Positions 10,854 to 21,043 of a DNA stretch of 64,000 nt are shown piece after piece. This DNA comes from an uncultured Candidatus Saccharibacteria bacterium (lineage in GTDB: Bacteria; Patescibacteriota; UBA1384; XYA2-FULL-43-10; 1-14-0-10-43-13), in NCBI GenBank assembly GCA_964364265.1, contig CAYILA010000005.1, positions 6,418-70,417 on the forward strand, read 5' to 3'. Under the pieces are notes generated by a model that was given only the letters and a program-made list of their open reading frames with translations, had not been told where the DNA came from and did not search any database. Each line of letters starts with the position of its first letter. The first letter of the stretch is position 1. A program made the position numbers and the translations under genes.

Positions 10854-12253
10854 AAAGCAAAAGAATCATCATAATCGGGGCTGGTATCGCCGGACAATTG
10901 TTGGCCAGTAACATTAAAGAGCACCATCAAAAGATTAAGATCATCGGTTTTGTCGATGATGAAGATTACAAAGAAAGCAAGAATATTGGTAAAATTGCCG
11001 ATTTGCCCAAAATCGTCCGGAAGCATCGAGTCGAGGAATTAGTTATCGCCATTCCCTCCGCGAGCGGAGAATTAATCAGGAAGATATTACTGACAGTTAA
11101 AAACAGTACCGTGCCGATAAAGATTGTTCCCAGAGACCAGAGCGTGATCAGCTATGACAGAGTCGAATATTTTGATGTTAAAGATCTCGCCCAAGAAGAT
11201 TTTCTAGGCCGTCCCTTTATCAAGGGCGACATTCAGAAATTAAAATCTCATTTCCAAAATAAAACTATTTTGATTACCGGCGGCGCCGGCTCAATCGGAT
11301 CGGAAATAGTGCGTCAGCTTCTAAGTCTGGATGTCAAAAAAGTAGTAGTCTACGATAATTCAGAATTTCTGACTTTTAATCTGGATCAGAGTTTGCGTGA
11401 AAAGGAGATAAAGAAAGCCCGATACCATTTGATAATTGGTAATATTCTAGATGATGAAAAACTGGACAAAGTGGTAAAGACAGAGAAACCAGATCTCGTT
11501 TTTCATGCCGCCGCCTACAAACACGTCTATCTGATGGAGGACAATCCCGAGGAAGCGATTATGAATAATCTTGTCGGCACAAAGAGAGTCGTCGACATTG
11601 CGGTCAAAAATGAGGTCAAACATTTCGTTTTCATTTCAACTGATAAGGTTGTTAACCCCACCAGCATTATGGGCGCTACTAAAAAACTGGGAGAGTATTA
11701 TATCAAATTCGTCGAGAGGAAATCCAAAACAAAGTTTACTATTGTCCGGTTTGGAAATGTCATAAATTCAAACGGTTCGGTCCTGCCTCTTTTTGACCGA
11801 CAGATTCGAGAGAACGGTTATGTCACGGTGACGCATAAAGATATCAGAAGATATTTTATGTCTATCAGAGAGGCATCGCACTTGGTAATTACCAGCGCTT
11901 TCTATGACAAAAAGGGGAATGTCTACGTTCTTGATATGGGCGATCTGATTAATATCTACGAAGTGGCGAAGTGCTTGATTAGGAGCAAATCGCTAATTCC
12001 CGAAAAGGATATTGAAATCAGGTTTATTGGCCTTAAAAAAGGCGAGAAAATGATTGAAGAATTATTCACCAAAAAGGAGAGAGAAAATCTAGTCAAGACC
12101 GATATCGAGGATATTTTATGTTTGAAAAACTTTGGCGATTGTCCAAATAATATAGAACGGATTATTGCCAAACTGGAAAAGTTGATCTTCGGGAACAAAT
12201 CAAAAATCAGGTCATCCTTAATAAAAATATTTCCTTCATTATTGATTAAATAA
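10847..12253 (+). CDS. CapD/PglF-family UDP-sugar 4,6-dehydratase (lacks the N-terminal TM region)
   Basis: GGAGSIGSE, HAAAYKHV, STDKVVNPTSIMGATK, RFGNV, GEKMIEEL. Confidence 0.9.
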   Translation: MLKSKRIIIIGAGIAGQLLASNIKEHHQKIKIIGFVDDEDYKESKNIGKIADLPKIVRKHRVEELVIAIPSASGELIRKILLTVKNSTVPIKIVPRDQSVISYDRVEYFDVKDLAQEDFLGRPFIKGDIQKLKSHFQNKTILITGGAGSIGSEIVRQLLSLDVKKVVVYDNSEFLTFNLDQSLREKEIKKARYHLIIGNILDDEKLDKVVKTEKPDLVFHAAAYKHVYLMEDNPEEAIMNNLVGTKRVVDIAVKNEVKHFVFISTDKVVNPTSIMGATKKLGEYYIKFVERKSKTKFTIVRFGNVINSNGSVLPLFDRQIRENGYVTVTHKDIRRYFMSIREASHLVITSAFYDKKGNVYVLDMGDLINIYEVAKCLIRSKSLIPEKDIEIRFIGLKKGEKMIEELFTKKERENLVKTDIEDILCLKNFGDCPNNIERIIAKLEKLIFGNKSKIRSSLIKIFPSLLIK

Positions 12254-12269
12254 CAAGAAAGGCGGGATA

Positions 12270-13589
12270 ATGATAAAGAAATTCTTAATAAAACAACTAG
12301 AGATATTGCCGTTCTGGATCTCGTTGCTAGTCATTATTCCAATTTCTTATTATACATTTCATTCCGATTTTATCATTCTCTCAAAACTAGCTCAAAAAAT
12401 AGCCGGCGGCAACCTTAACTTTTATGAAGATTTATATATTGGAGCGGCTAATTATCATGTCCCGATGCTGCCGCCCCTTCTTTGCCTAGTCGATGGTTTG
12501 GCCTACTATTTGGCTGAACGATTGGGATTAATAAACTTTGACTTTACCCTTATTTATCACACTCCCTTTATCCATTTATTACTGCTTAAAAGTCGTTATA
12601 TTATAATTTTTATTCTTTCATATTTTCTGGTTAATAAAGTCGCGCTTGTTTATACTAATCAAGATAAAAAGCTGTCGAGAAGGATCGCTAATTTATGGAT
12701 CGCCAGCCCAATACTGATTTATCTACCATTTGTTCAGGGTAACAATGATATTTATCCGGCGATTTTCAGTTTGATTTTTCTATTATTTGTTTTTCGCAAT
12801 AATTTTCTTCTGGCTATGATATTTCTTGGTTTAACAGCTGCCCTGAAAGGATATGCTCTTTTCCTGATTGTTCCGGTTGCTCTAATTCTGGCCGAAAAAA
12901 ATCTTAAAAAAACTTTACTTTATTGTCTAACTTCTGGACTAGCGTATTTTCTGCCAACTCTATTTTACCTTAAAGATGTTGTCTATTTTACTAGTGGAAA
13001 TAGTGAAAAATTTATGATGCTTAGCACCTCGATTCCTTCTTCTTTGGTATCATATTCAATATTTGCGATTGGTTATTTTCTTATTTTACTTTTTCTTTAT
13101 TATAATGATGAGAATATTGAAAATATAATTGATAACAAACACAAAACACTGTTGGTTTATTGTTTTCTTGTAATGTCACTTTTTTTTGTGACCGCTTTTT
13201 ATCCTCAATGGTTTCTTTGGATATTGCCCTTTTTTATTTTCTTAATTTATAAGAACAAAAAATTATACTCCATCTATATTCTGATTTGTTCAGCTTACCT
13301 TTCATTAACATACATAGGATATCCCGGTAATCTTGATATTTACCTTTGGAGAAAAATATTTCCATCAGGGCCAAAAGGCTATTATTTCCCCGTAGGAGCG
13401 GATGAAATTAAACAATTGTTGATGTTCAACGCCGGTCTTTTTATCTCCCTTTTGATCGCATTTATTTATTTTTTGTTAAAAGACAACAGAAAAGAAAAAA
13501 CAGATGATAAGTTTTCTGTGTATTTAAGCTATTTGCCAACGGCTATTCTTCTTTTAGCTATATATGCAGTCGCTTTGCTTTCCAAATAG
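12270..13589 (+). CDS. Polytopic membrane protein, GT87/GT-C-like glycosyltransferase
   Basis: Multiple TMs, QGNND, YPQWFLW motifs. Confidence 0.6.
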   Translation: MIKKFLIKQLEILPFWISLLVIIPISYYTFHSDFIILSKLAQKIAGGNLNFYEDLYIGAANYHVPMLPPLLCLVDGLAYYLAERLGLINFDFTLIYHTPFIHLLLLKSRYIIIFILSYFLVNKVALVYTNQDKKLSRRIANLWIASPILIYLPFVQGNNDIYPAIFSLIFLLFVFRNNFLLAMIFLGLTAALKGYALFLIVPVALILAEKNLKKTLLYCLTSGLAYFLPTLFYLKDVVYFTSGNSEKFMMLSTSIPSSLVSYSIFAIGYFLILLFLYYNDENIENIIDNKHKTLLVYCFLVMSLFFVTAFYPQWFLWILPFFIFLIYKNKKLYSIYILICSAYLSLTYIGYPGNLDIYLWRKIFPSGPKGYYFPVGADEIKQLLMFNAGLFISLLIAFIYFLLKDNRKEKTDDKFSVYLSYLPTAILLLAIYAVALLSK

Positions 13590-13670
13590 AGTTTGAATTT
13601 GAGTCAATACTTTGACCTTTTTGTGTGTTAGATTATATATGTCTGTTTACATTCCTTGAAAAAATAAAAA

Positions 13671-14972
13671 ATGGTAGCTAATATGCGAATATATTATTTA
13701 ATCGAAAGAATAATGTTTGTACAGGTGAAAAAAATAATCAAGTATGTATTTAGCAGGGAGATCAGAGTGCCAGTTCTGATTATTTTCATTGGTACAACAA
13801 TAAGAATTATTCTACTGCCTTTGGCGGCACATGGCGATACTTGGAGCGCTCTCCGCGGTGAGTATTACTGGATTAATTTTGGGATCTTTCGATTAAATCA
13901 ATTTCCAGAAGTTTTACAAGCGGTCTATTTGAGGCTAATTGATGCACCAATCCTACAATCAGCTCTCCCTTCTCTTTTCGATACCTTTTTCCCAATTCAG
14001 GGACTAGGAGGAGACGTACAAACGAAATTAGTTGCTAATCCGATGGCGATGAGGGTATTGTTTTTCTACAAGTTGCCTTATCTTTTATTCGATATGGGTT
14101 GTGTGTTTGTTTTATTCAAAATATTTACCCAAAAAAGAAACCGAATTATTGCGGCTTTATTGTGGGCATTAAATCCACTTGTTTTGCATTCTGTTTATAT
14201 GTGGGGACGCTATGAAATATTTTCGATACTATTTGTTTTGGTTGCGTTTTATTATGCTAAAGAAAACAAGGCGTTTTGGTCCGTACTATTGTTTGGATTG
14301 GCGGTGGCATTTAGGATGCCATTTATCTTAGTGTTGCCTTTACTGATAATTTATTTTAGTGACAATTGGAAAGATGGATTAAAGTATACAGTGCTGGGTT
14401 TACTACCACTTTTCATGGTTAACCAGTTAATGTCGTTTTTAGGACCGGATACCTCTGTATATTATAAGTCAGTGGGATTTTTTAATTTTTTTGCCTCTAC
14501 AGGACTTGTTGGTGATTTCGCCCCGGTGGGAATTAATTACCTAGTCTACCCGGTTATTATCTGTCTTTTTCTAAATGAAAAAAGAAAGGGAATTGGTTTT
14601 GTTAAATTAGTATATTTTGCTTTCACTATTTTCTTGACAACTTTCTCTTTTAGTTATTTCCATCCACAGTATGCAGCATGGTTGACTCCTTTTTTACTAA
14701 TCGCAGTAACTTTAAATCGAAAATTGATAATTCCATCAATTATATCTTTAATTTTACTCTATCTTTTAATTAATTACGGTCTGGGCGAGACGACCGGTCT
14801 CGGTCTTTTTTTGCCTTCAAGTGCGATAATTTCCCATTTGCCAAAATTTGAAGTATTGCCGTTTGACAACCAAATGAACACCACGGTAGTGTATAATCTT
14901 TTTATCATTGTCAATATGTATTTAATAGTAATGATGTATAAGGACAAAGACAGGAAAAACAGTGAAGTTTAA
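13671..14972 (+). CDS. Polytopic membrane protein, GT87/GT-C-like glycosyltransferase (start uncertain)
   Basis: AHGD, KLPYLLFD, WALNP...WGRYE, FHPQYAAW; resembles the preceding gene. Confidence 0.62.
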   Translation: MVANMRIYYLIERIMFVQVKKIIKYVFSREIRVPVLIIFIGTTIRIILLPLAAHGDTWSALRGEYYWINFGIFRLNQFPEVLQAVYLRLIDAPILQSALPSLFDTFFPIQGLGGDVQTKLVANPMAMRVLFFYKLPYLLFDMGCVFVLFKIFTQKRNRIIAALLWALNPLVLHSVYMWGRYEIFSILFVLVAFYYAKENKAFWSVLLFGLAVAFRMPFILVLPLLIIYFSDNWKDGLKYTVLGLLPLFMVNQLMSFLGPDTSVYYKSVGFFNFFASTGLVGDFAPVGINYLVYPVIICLFLNEKRKGIGFVKLVYFAFTIFLTTFSFSYFHPQYAAWLTPFLLIAVTLNRKLIIPSIISLILLYLLINYGLGETTGLGLFLPSSAIISHLPKFEVLPFDNQMNTTVVYNLFIIVNMYLIVMMYKDKDRKNSEV

Positions 14973-15627
14973 ACCACGCAATCTATTGATTTTATTTGCA
15001 GTCACATTACTATTGTGGCTTATTTACAATAAAGCAAGCTTCACGATGAAATTGAAAGACAACCCCGGTCGGACAATAAGTTCAGGAGATTTACTACAAC
15101 CTAACGGGGTAGATAGTATGGCTATTACCCCCCTTTATGATGGAATTGTAACTATGGTTTTTACACCTCATCGTCCTTATTACTTAAGAGGCGAGGACGA
15201 AAGTAAGCTGAATGTGGAAATGATATGCTATTCATCAGATAACAAAATTATTGATCAGTTCAATACCTCAATACCTGTAAGTAAGATAATAGCGACAGAA
15301 AATCAAAAATTGAAAACTGACACTATTTTAACCTATAAACTTAATATTGATCCCCAACTTGACTGTAAAGGGAAAGAGACGATTGTGAAATTTACTGCTA
15401 CTACACCAGGAACTGCCATAGCTCCTGATGAATACTTATCAGTATCCACAAGTGATAGTAATTTCCCTTTCTACTATAATCGTGTTTATTTGAAAGATAT
15501 ATTGCAAGAGATTAACCAGAACTTAAAAGGAGATAATAAATTCAGAGTACTATATTATTGGTCAGTCGTGATAAGTCTACTACCAATAATATTATTTTCT
15601 CTTTTTGAAACCAAGAAAATAGAATAA
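14962..15627 (+). CDS. Hypothetical protein with N- and C-terminal TM segments
   Basis: 221-aa ORF overlapping the upstream stop. Confidence 0.65.
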   Translation: MKFKPRNLLILFAVTLLLWLIYNKASFTMKLKDNPGRTISSGDLLQPNGVDSMAITPLYDGIVTMVFTPHRPYYLRGEDESKLNVEMICYSSDNKIIDQFNTSIPVSKIIATENQKLKTDTILTYKLNIDPQLDCKGKETIVKFTATTPGTAIAPDEYLSVSTSDSNFPFYYNRVYLKDILQEINQNLKGDNKFRVLYYWSVVISLLPIILFSLFETKKIE

Positions 15628-15684
15628 ACTATGTAGCGCGAAATCTTGTTCGATGAAAATTGAATGTTTTAATTTGTAATAATT

Positions 15685-16575
15685 ATGCCGAAGAAAAAAG
15701 TTAAGAGTAGCAAAATTAAAGTTGGAATATTGGGTACCGGCAATATTGGGACAGATCTTCTAGTCAAACTCCAGCGATCAAGAATTTTGGAGTGCGGTAT
15801 GTTCTCCGGACAAAACCCGGATTCTTCCGGTATTAAAAAAGCACGGTCAATGGGAGTTAAAACCTCCCTTGATTCAATCCAGGCCTTTGTAAATAAGCCA
15901 GATTGTTGTGAAATAGTGATTGACGCAACCTCGGCTCGAGCTCATTTTATTCACGCGCCTATCTTAAAAAAACTAAAGAAGTTTACTATTGATCTGACTC
16001 CTTCGCAAATCGGCAAGGCCTGCATTCCGGTCCTGAATATGAAGGAATGTTTAGAAGAGGATAATGTTAATCTAATTACATGCGGCGGTCAATGTGCGGT
16101 GCCGATTGCTTGCGCTATCACCCGAGTTCATCCGGAAATCGAATATATTGAAGTGGTGGCTTCTATCGCTTCTCTCTCTGCCGGTCGAGGAACCAGAGCC
16201 AATATTGATGAATTTACACAAGCCAGTAAGGACGCGATAAAAATATTTTCTGGTGTTTCGAGGGCCAAAGCGATTATCATATTAAATCCGGCCATCCCAC
16301 CGATTTTAATGCATAATACTGTTTATGCTTTAGTTAAAGAGCCAAAACTAAAGCAAATTAAGAAAGAGATTGATAAGATTACGAATTTGATTAAGGAATA
16401 TGTTCCCGGTTATACAATTACTTTAGGTCCGATTATGGAAAGCGGCCGATTGACAGTCATGATCGAGGTTACTGGCAAAGGCGATTTTTTGCCAAAATAC
16501 TCCGGAAATTTAGATATTGTGACCAGCGCCGCGATCAAGGTTGCCGAGGAGTATGCCAAAGCAAAGTTGATGTAA
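15685..16575 (+). CDS. mhpF: Acetaldehyde dehydrogenase (acylating), MhpF/DmpF family
   Basis: GTGNIGTDL, DATSA, ITCGGQ catalytic Cys, GTRANIDEF, YSGNLDI. Confidence 0.93.
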   Translation: MPKKKVKSSKIKVGILGTGNIGTDLLVKLQRSRILECGMFSGQNPDSSGIKKARSMGVKTSLDSIQAFVNKPDCCEIVIDATSARAHFIHAPILKKLKKFTIDLTPSQIGKACIPVLNMKECLEEDNVNLITCGGQCAVPIACAITRVHPEIEYIEVVASIASLSAGRGTRANIDEFTQASKDAIKIFSGVSRAKAIIILNPAIPPILMHNTVYALVKEPKLKQIKKEIDKITNLIKEYVPGYTITLGPIMESGRLTVMIEVTGKGDFLPKYSGNLDIVTSAAIKVAEEYAKAKLM

Positions 16576-16606
16576 TATTGAAAAATATCCGCTAATTAAT
16601 CTTGCA

Positions 16607-16626
16607 CCTGCCTTCGCCGGGATGAC
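16607..16626. repeat. Half copy of a GTCAT-ended palindromic element
   Basis: cctgccttcgccgggatgac resembles the right arm (…GGATGAC) of the elements at 41558, 56989 and 60776. Confidence 0.4.
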
Positions 16627-16673
16627 GCAGAAAAGGACAGAGATAGGGAGCGGCGGACGTAATAAAAACCATT

Positions 16674-17705
16674 ATGAAAACTAAACAAAATCAGAAATTA
16701 TTGTTCTTTGACTCCACTCTTCGTGACGGATCTCATGCTATTGCTCATCAATTAAGCCAGCAAAATATTCGTGACTACTGTAAAGTGATCGATCAAGCCG
16801 GTCTGGAGGTAGTGATAGTCGGTCACGGCAATGGACTAGGCGCTTCTTCGCTTCAGGTCGGACTGTCTGCTTTGACCGATCGCGTAATGTTGAAAACGGC
16901 TCGTCGCGAGCTTAAGCGAACCAAGTTGGGAGTATATTTAATTCCCGGTTTCGGGACAATAAAAGATGATCTTGACCCAGTTCTGAAGATTGGCGTGGAT
17001 TTAGTTTGTGTCGGTTGCCACTGTACCGAGGCCGATACAACCTATCAGCATATTGGTTATGTTCGAGCGGCCGGCAGGGAGGCCTACGGGGTCCTAATGA
17101 TGTATCATATGGTGACTAAGGAGGTAGTGCTAAAGGAAGCGCTAAAAATGCAGGAGTATGGAGCGCAAGGGGTTATCTTAATGGATTCAGCCGGCGCTTC
17201 TACTCCGCAAATGGTCAAAGAGACAGTTCAATTGCTGGTTGATAAGCTTAATGTGAGGGTAGGTTTTCATGCTCATAATAATCTAGCGCTAGCAGTTTCG
17301 AATTCAGTTCTTGCTTTAGAAGCCGGCGCAACTATAATTGATGGTACCGCTCGGGGTTTTGGCGCCGGCGCCGGCAATTGTCCGCAGGAGGTCTTGGTCG
17401 GCTTACTTACAAAAATTGGAATTAAAACCGGTCTTGACCTATATAAATTAATGGATGCCAGTGATCTCATTGCCACTATCCAACTTAAACCGCAAGAGAT
17501 ATCTTCAGAAAGCTTATCGAGCGGTTTGTCCGGAGTATTTTCGGCGTTTGGACCCCATGTTAAGCGAGCGGCGGAGAAATTTAAAGTCGATCCGCGAGAT
17601 ATTTTCGAAGAGCTTGGCCGTCGCAAAATGGTAGCCGGTCAAGAAGATTTTATAGTGGACATCGCCGTTAAACTGGCTAAACAACAGGGAAAACATCAAT
17701 CATGA
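16674..17705 (+). CDS. mhpE: 4-hydroxy-2-oxovalerate aldolase, MhpE/DmpG family
   Basis: DSTLRDGSHA, HGNGLG, HCTEAD, GFHAHNNL, GAGAGN, VAGQED. Confidence 0.93.
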   Translation: MKTKQNQKLLFFDSTLRDGSHAIAHQLSQQNIRDYCKVIDQAGLEVVIVGHGNGLGASSLQVGLSALTDRVMLKTARRELKRTKLGVYLIPGFGTIKDDLDPVLKIGVDLVCVGCHCTEADTTYQHIGYVRAAGREAYGVLMMYHMVTKEVVLKEALKMQEYGAQGVILMDSAGASTPQMVKETVQLLVDKLNVRVGFHAHNNLALAVSNSVLALEAGATIIDGTARGFGAGAGNCPQEVLVGLLTKIGIKTGLDLYKLMDASDLIATIQLKPQEISSESLSSGLSGVFSAFGPHVKRAAEKFKVDPRDIFEELGRRKMVAGQEDFIVDIAVKLAKQQGKHQS

Positions 17706-19498
17706 ATATAGCGGATTTTATTTTTAAGTTTTTGACCGATAAAGGAGTTGACACTGTCTTTATGATTTCCGGTGGTCAGGCGATGTTTTTGAATGATGCG
17801 GTCTGTCGAAACAAAAAACTAAAGCAGGTAATCTGTAATCATCATGAGCAGGCTGCCGGTATGGCGGCCGATGCTTACGGCCGGATTACAGGAAAAGTTG
17901 CTGTGGCTTTAGTAACCGCCGGTCCCGGTTCGATTAATATTACCAATGGTTTGGTTGGCGGTTGGACAGATTCAGCCCCCATGATTGTCATCTCCGGACA
18001 ATCTAACTTATCGTGTGTTCAGTATCAAGAGAAAAACCCGATTAGGCAGTATGGTATTCAGGGAATAAATATTAGACCTTATGTCGAAAAAGCGACAAAA
18101 TTTTTTGCGACCGTCGATGATCCGAAAAAAATATTATATTATTTACAGAAGGCCTATCACCTCGCTTTGTCAGGTCGACCGGGTCCGGTTTGGCTTGATG
18201 TTCCGCTTGATATTCAAAAGATGGAGGTACAAAAGGGCCGACTCAAAGAATATATCATCCAAAATGACGAGATAAAGTCTGACCAACTTAAAAAAGAGGT
18301 AAGAGAAACCTTAAAACTTCTAAAATCGTCAAAGAGACCGATTTTATTGGTGGGACAGGGGGTTCGGTTGGCGGGAGCGGTGCCAGAGTTTGCAAAATGT
18401 GTCAAAAACCTAAATATTCCGGTTCTAACCTCGCGACTTGGAATCGATTTGATTAACAGCGATAATCCGCTCTATGTCGGCCGACCGGGAAATTATGGCG
18501 AACGCTCGGCCAATTTGGCAGTTCAAAATGCCGATTTAATCATTAGTGTCGGTTGCCGGTTAGCTTCAGCTTTAGTCGGTCATAATCCGAAAAGTTTTGG
18601 CAAACATGCTAAAAAGGTCGTTGTGGACGTTGACCAAGAAGAGCTCAACAAGCCGGGAGTGGAAATCGATTATAAAATTCGGTGCGACGCTAAACGATTT
18701 TTCGCCGAACTATTGAATCAGAGCGCGAAAGTATCAGGAAAAAACAACTCTAAGTGGATTTCAAAATGTAACGACTGGAAAAATCGTTATCCGGTAGTTC
18801 AAGCTGAATATAAAAACGAGAAGCCGGTTAACTCTTATTATTTTAGTGAAAAGCTTTCAAAACTGGCTGATAAAGACGATACGATAATCGTTGACACCGG
18901 CACCTGTTTTCATGTTGTTTGCCAGGTATGGAAGATTAAAAAGGGGCAGCGTTTCTTGACTACCGGCGGTTTATCGTCAATGGGCTGGTGGGTCGCGGGG
19001 ACGGGCGCTTGTTTGGCCAATAACAAAAAAAGGACGATTGTTGTGACTGGAGACGGTAGTTTACAAATGAATATACAGGAATTCGCGACCATAAAACATC
19101 ATAAACTTCCAATCAAAATTTTTATTTTTAATAATAACGGCTACCTTCTAATCCGGCATACCCAAAAAAACTTTTTAGATGGTCGATTATTTGCCGAGGG
19201 ACCAAAATCAGGTGTTTGGTGTCCCGATTCATTGAAGATTGCTAAAGCATACGGCATTAAAGGGGTTAGAATCAACTCGGTTAATGAAGTTGAGAGGAAA
19301 ATCAAAGAAGTGCTTGAGTATAATGGTCCGGTAATTTGTGATGTCATGACTCCGGAGTGGCAATTGATTATTCCTCGGGTTTCTTCAGATAAGTTGGCCG
19401 ACGGAACACTCGTCTCCAAACCGTATGAGGACATGTTTCCGTACTTGGATCGCAAGATTCTTAAAAAGGAGATGGTTGCTGAAATAGAAAAAGAGTAG
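17702..19498 (+). CDS. ThDP-dependent enzyme, acetolactate synthase-like (YerE-type sugar-branching enzyme by context)
   Basis: HHEQAAGMAA, TAGPG, RPGPVWLDVPLD, GDGSLQMNIQE...NNNGY ThDP motif; no small subunit or other ilv genes nearby. Confidence 0.85.
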   Translation: MNIADFIFKFLTDKGVDTVFMISGGQAMFLNDAVCRNKKLKQVICNHHEQAAGMAADAYGRITGKVAVALVTAGPGSINITNGLVGGWTDSAPMIVISGQSNLSCVQYQEKNPIRQYGIQGINIRPYVEKATKFFATVDDPKKILYYLQKAYHLALSGRPGPVWLDVPLDIQKMEVQKGRLKEYIIQNDEIKSDQLKKEVRETLKLLKSSKRPILLVGQGVRLAGAVPEFAKCVKNLNIPVLTSRLGIDLINSDNPLYVGRPGNYGERSANLAVQNADLIISVGCRLASALVGHNPKSFGKHAKKVVVDVDQEELNKPGVEIDYKIRCDAKRFFAELLNQSAKVSGKNNSKWISKCNDWKNRYPVVQAEYKNEKPVNSYYFSEKLSKLADKDDTIIVDTGTCFHVVCQVWKIKKGQRFLTTGGLSSMGWWVAGTGACLANNKKRTIVVTGDGSLQMNIQEFATIKHHKLPIKIFIFNNNGYLLIRHTQKNFLDGRLFAEGPKSGVWCPDSLKIAKAYGIKGVRINSVNEVERKIKEVLEYNGPVICDVMTPEWQLIIPRVSSDKLADGTLVSKPYEDMFPYLDRKILKKEMVAEIEKE

Positions 19499-19516
19499 GT
19501 TGTTAATCTCTAAAAT

Positions 19517-21043
19517 ATGCAAAGGAATACAATGTCGCAGGTATTAAAAAATATTTCCGCAAAGAAATTACTCAAGTTGGCTCTTAAACATCAGGAAGGT
19601 CGTATCTCTCAAACCGGAGCTTTAGTAGTGGAAACCGGAGTTTATACCGGCAGGTCGCCGAATGATCGGTTTATTGTTAAAAATCATCAAAGCCAGAAAG
19701 AAATCAACTGGGGCAAAGTAAATCAGCCAATTGCAAATTATGATTTTCAACGATTACATAGGAAGATTTTATCTTATTTGAAAAAACTTGAGCAAATTTA
19801 TCAGACCGATGGCTGGGTCTGCGCCGATCCTTCTGACCGAATATCGGTTCGGGTGATCTCGGAGTTTGCTTATCAAGCGCTATTTGCCCGTCATATTCTA
19901 AGGAACGGTCGAACAGAGGAGCTTTTGAACAGAAAGCCCGATCTAACGATTTTAGTTGCCCCGAATATCAAGGCCAATCCAAAGGCGAACGGGACAAACT
20001 CGGAGGCCTTTGTCATCATTAATCTGGAAAAGAAGTTAGTCATAATCGGCGGAACCAAATATGCCGGCGAGATTAAAAAATCAATTTTTTCATATCTCAA
20101 TTATGTTTTACCGCAAAAAAATGTCTTTCCAATGCACTGTTCGGCAAATATTGGCAAAGATGGCAGATCGGCTTTATTTTTCGGTCTGTCAGGCACTGGC
20201 AAAACCACTCTATCATCTGATTTGAATCGAAATTTAATTGGCGATGATGAGCATGGTTGGTCTAAGAAGGGTATTTATAATTTTGAGGGTGGTTGTTACG
20301 CAAAATGCATCAATTTGAGCAAGGAAAAAGAACCGCAGATTTTTAATGCAATCCGTGACGGCGCGGTGGTCGAAAATGTGGTTATGGACACCAAGGGGGA
20401 ACTTGATTTTGACGATGGCAGTTTAGCCGAGAATACTCGTGTTGCCTATCCATTAAACTATATTAGTAACTATCAACGCTCTGGCGCAGGAGGTCATCCT
20501 ACAAATATCATCTTCTTAACTGCTGACGCTACCGGGGTTCTTCCAGCCGTGGCTCGTCTAGATTACAACGAGGCAATCTATTATTTTCTTTCTGGTTATA
20601 CATCCAAGCTGGCCGGGACCGAGAGGGGGATTATCAAGCCGATACCAACTTTCTCTGCCTGTTTCGGCGCTCCTTTTATGCCGCTTAAACCCGAGGTTTA
20701 TGCCGAACTTCTAAAGAATAAATTGATTAAGCATCAGCCGAGTGTCTTTTTAGTCAATACCGGTTGGTTTGGCGGGCCTTACGGAATCGGCCAAAGAATC
20801 AGTATTCAAGAGACCAGAAGAATTGTATCAAAAATATTAGGCAACCGGCTCAATAATCTAGTCTTTGAGAAAGAGCCGATATTTGGCTTAAGTGTGCCAA
20901 CAAAAATTGAGAAAATAGATGAAAAGCTATTAAAACCGCGATTCGGTTGGAGTGATCCGCCGGCATATGACCGGCAGGCGAAGAAGCTCAAAAAATTATT
21001 TGTCGAAAACGCCAAACCATTTAATCAATTTGGTCAAAAATGA
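19517..21043 (+). CDS. pckA: Phosphoenolpyruvate carboxykinase (ATP)
   Basis: YTGRSP, YAGEIKK, MHCSAN, FGLSGTGKTTLS, IGDDEHGW, NFEGGCYAK, ENTR. Confidence 0.96.
   Translation: MQRNTMSQVLKNISAKKLLKLALKHQEGRISQTGALVVETGVYTGRSPNDRFIVKNHQSQKEINWGKVNQPIANYDFQRLHRKILSYLKKLEQIYQTDGWVCADPSDRISVRVISEFAYQALFARHILRNGRTEELLNRKPDLTILVAPNIKANPKANGTNSEAFVIINLEKKLVIIGGTKYAGEIKKSIFSYLNYVLPQKNVFPMHCSANIGKDGRSALFFGLSGTGKTTLSSDLNRNLIGDDEHGWSKKGIYNFEGGCYAKCINLSKEKEPQIFNAIRDGAVVENVVMDTKGELDFDDGSLAENTRVAYPLNYISNYQRSGAGGHPTNIIFLTADATGVLPAVARLDYNEAIYYFLSGYTSKLAGTERGIIKPIPTFSACFGAPFMPLKPEVYAELLKNKLIKHQPSVFLVNTGWFGGPYGIGQRISIQETRRIVSKILGNRLNNLVFEKEPIFGLSVPTKIEKIDEKLLKPRFGWSDPPAYDRQAKKLKKLFVENAKPFNQFGQK

Noticed and set aside
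15685-17705. Aromatic meta-cleavage degradation pathway
   Set aside because: No dioxygenase, hydrolase or hydratase genes are present; the context is sugar biosynthesis.
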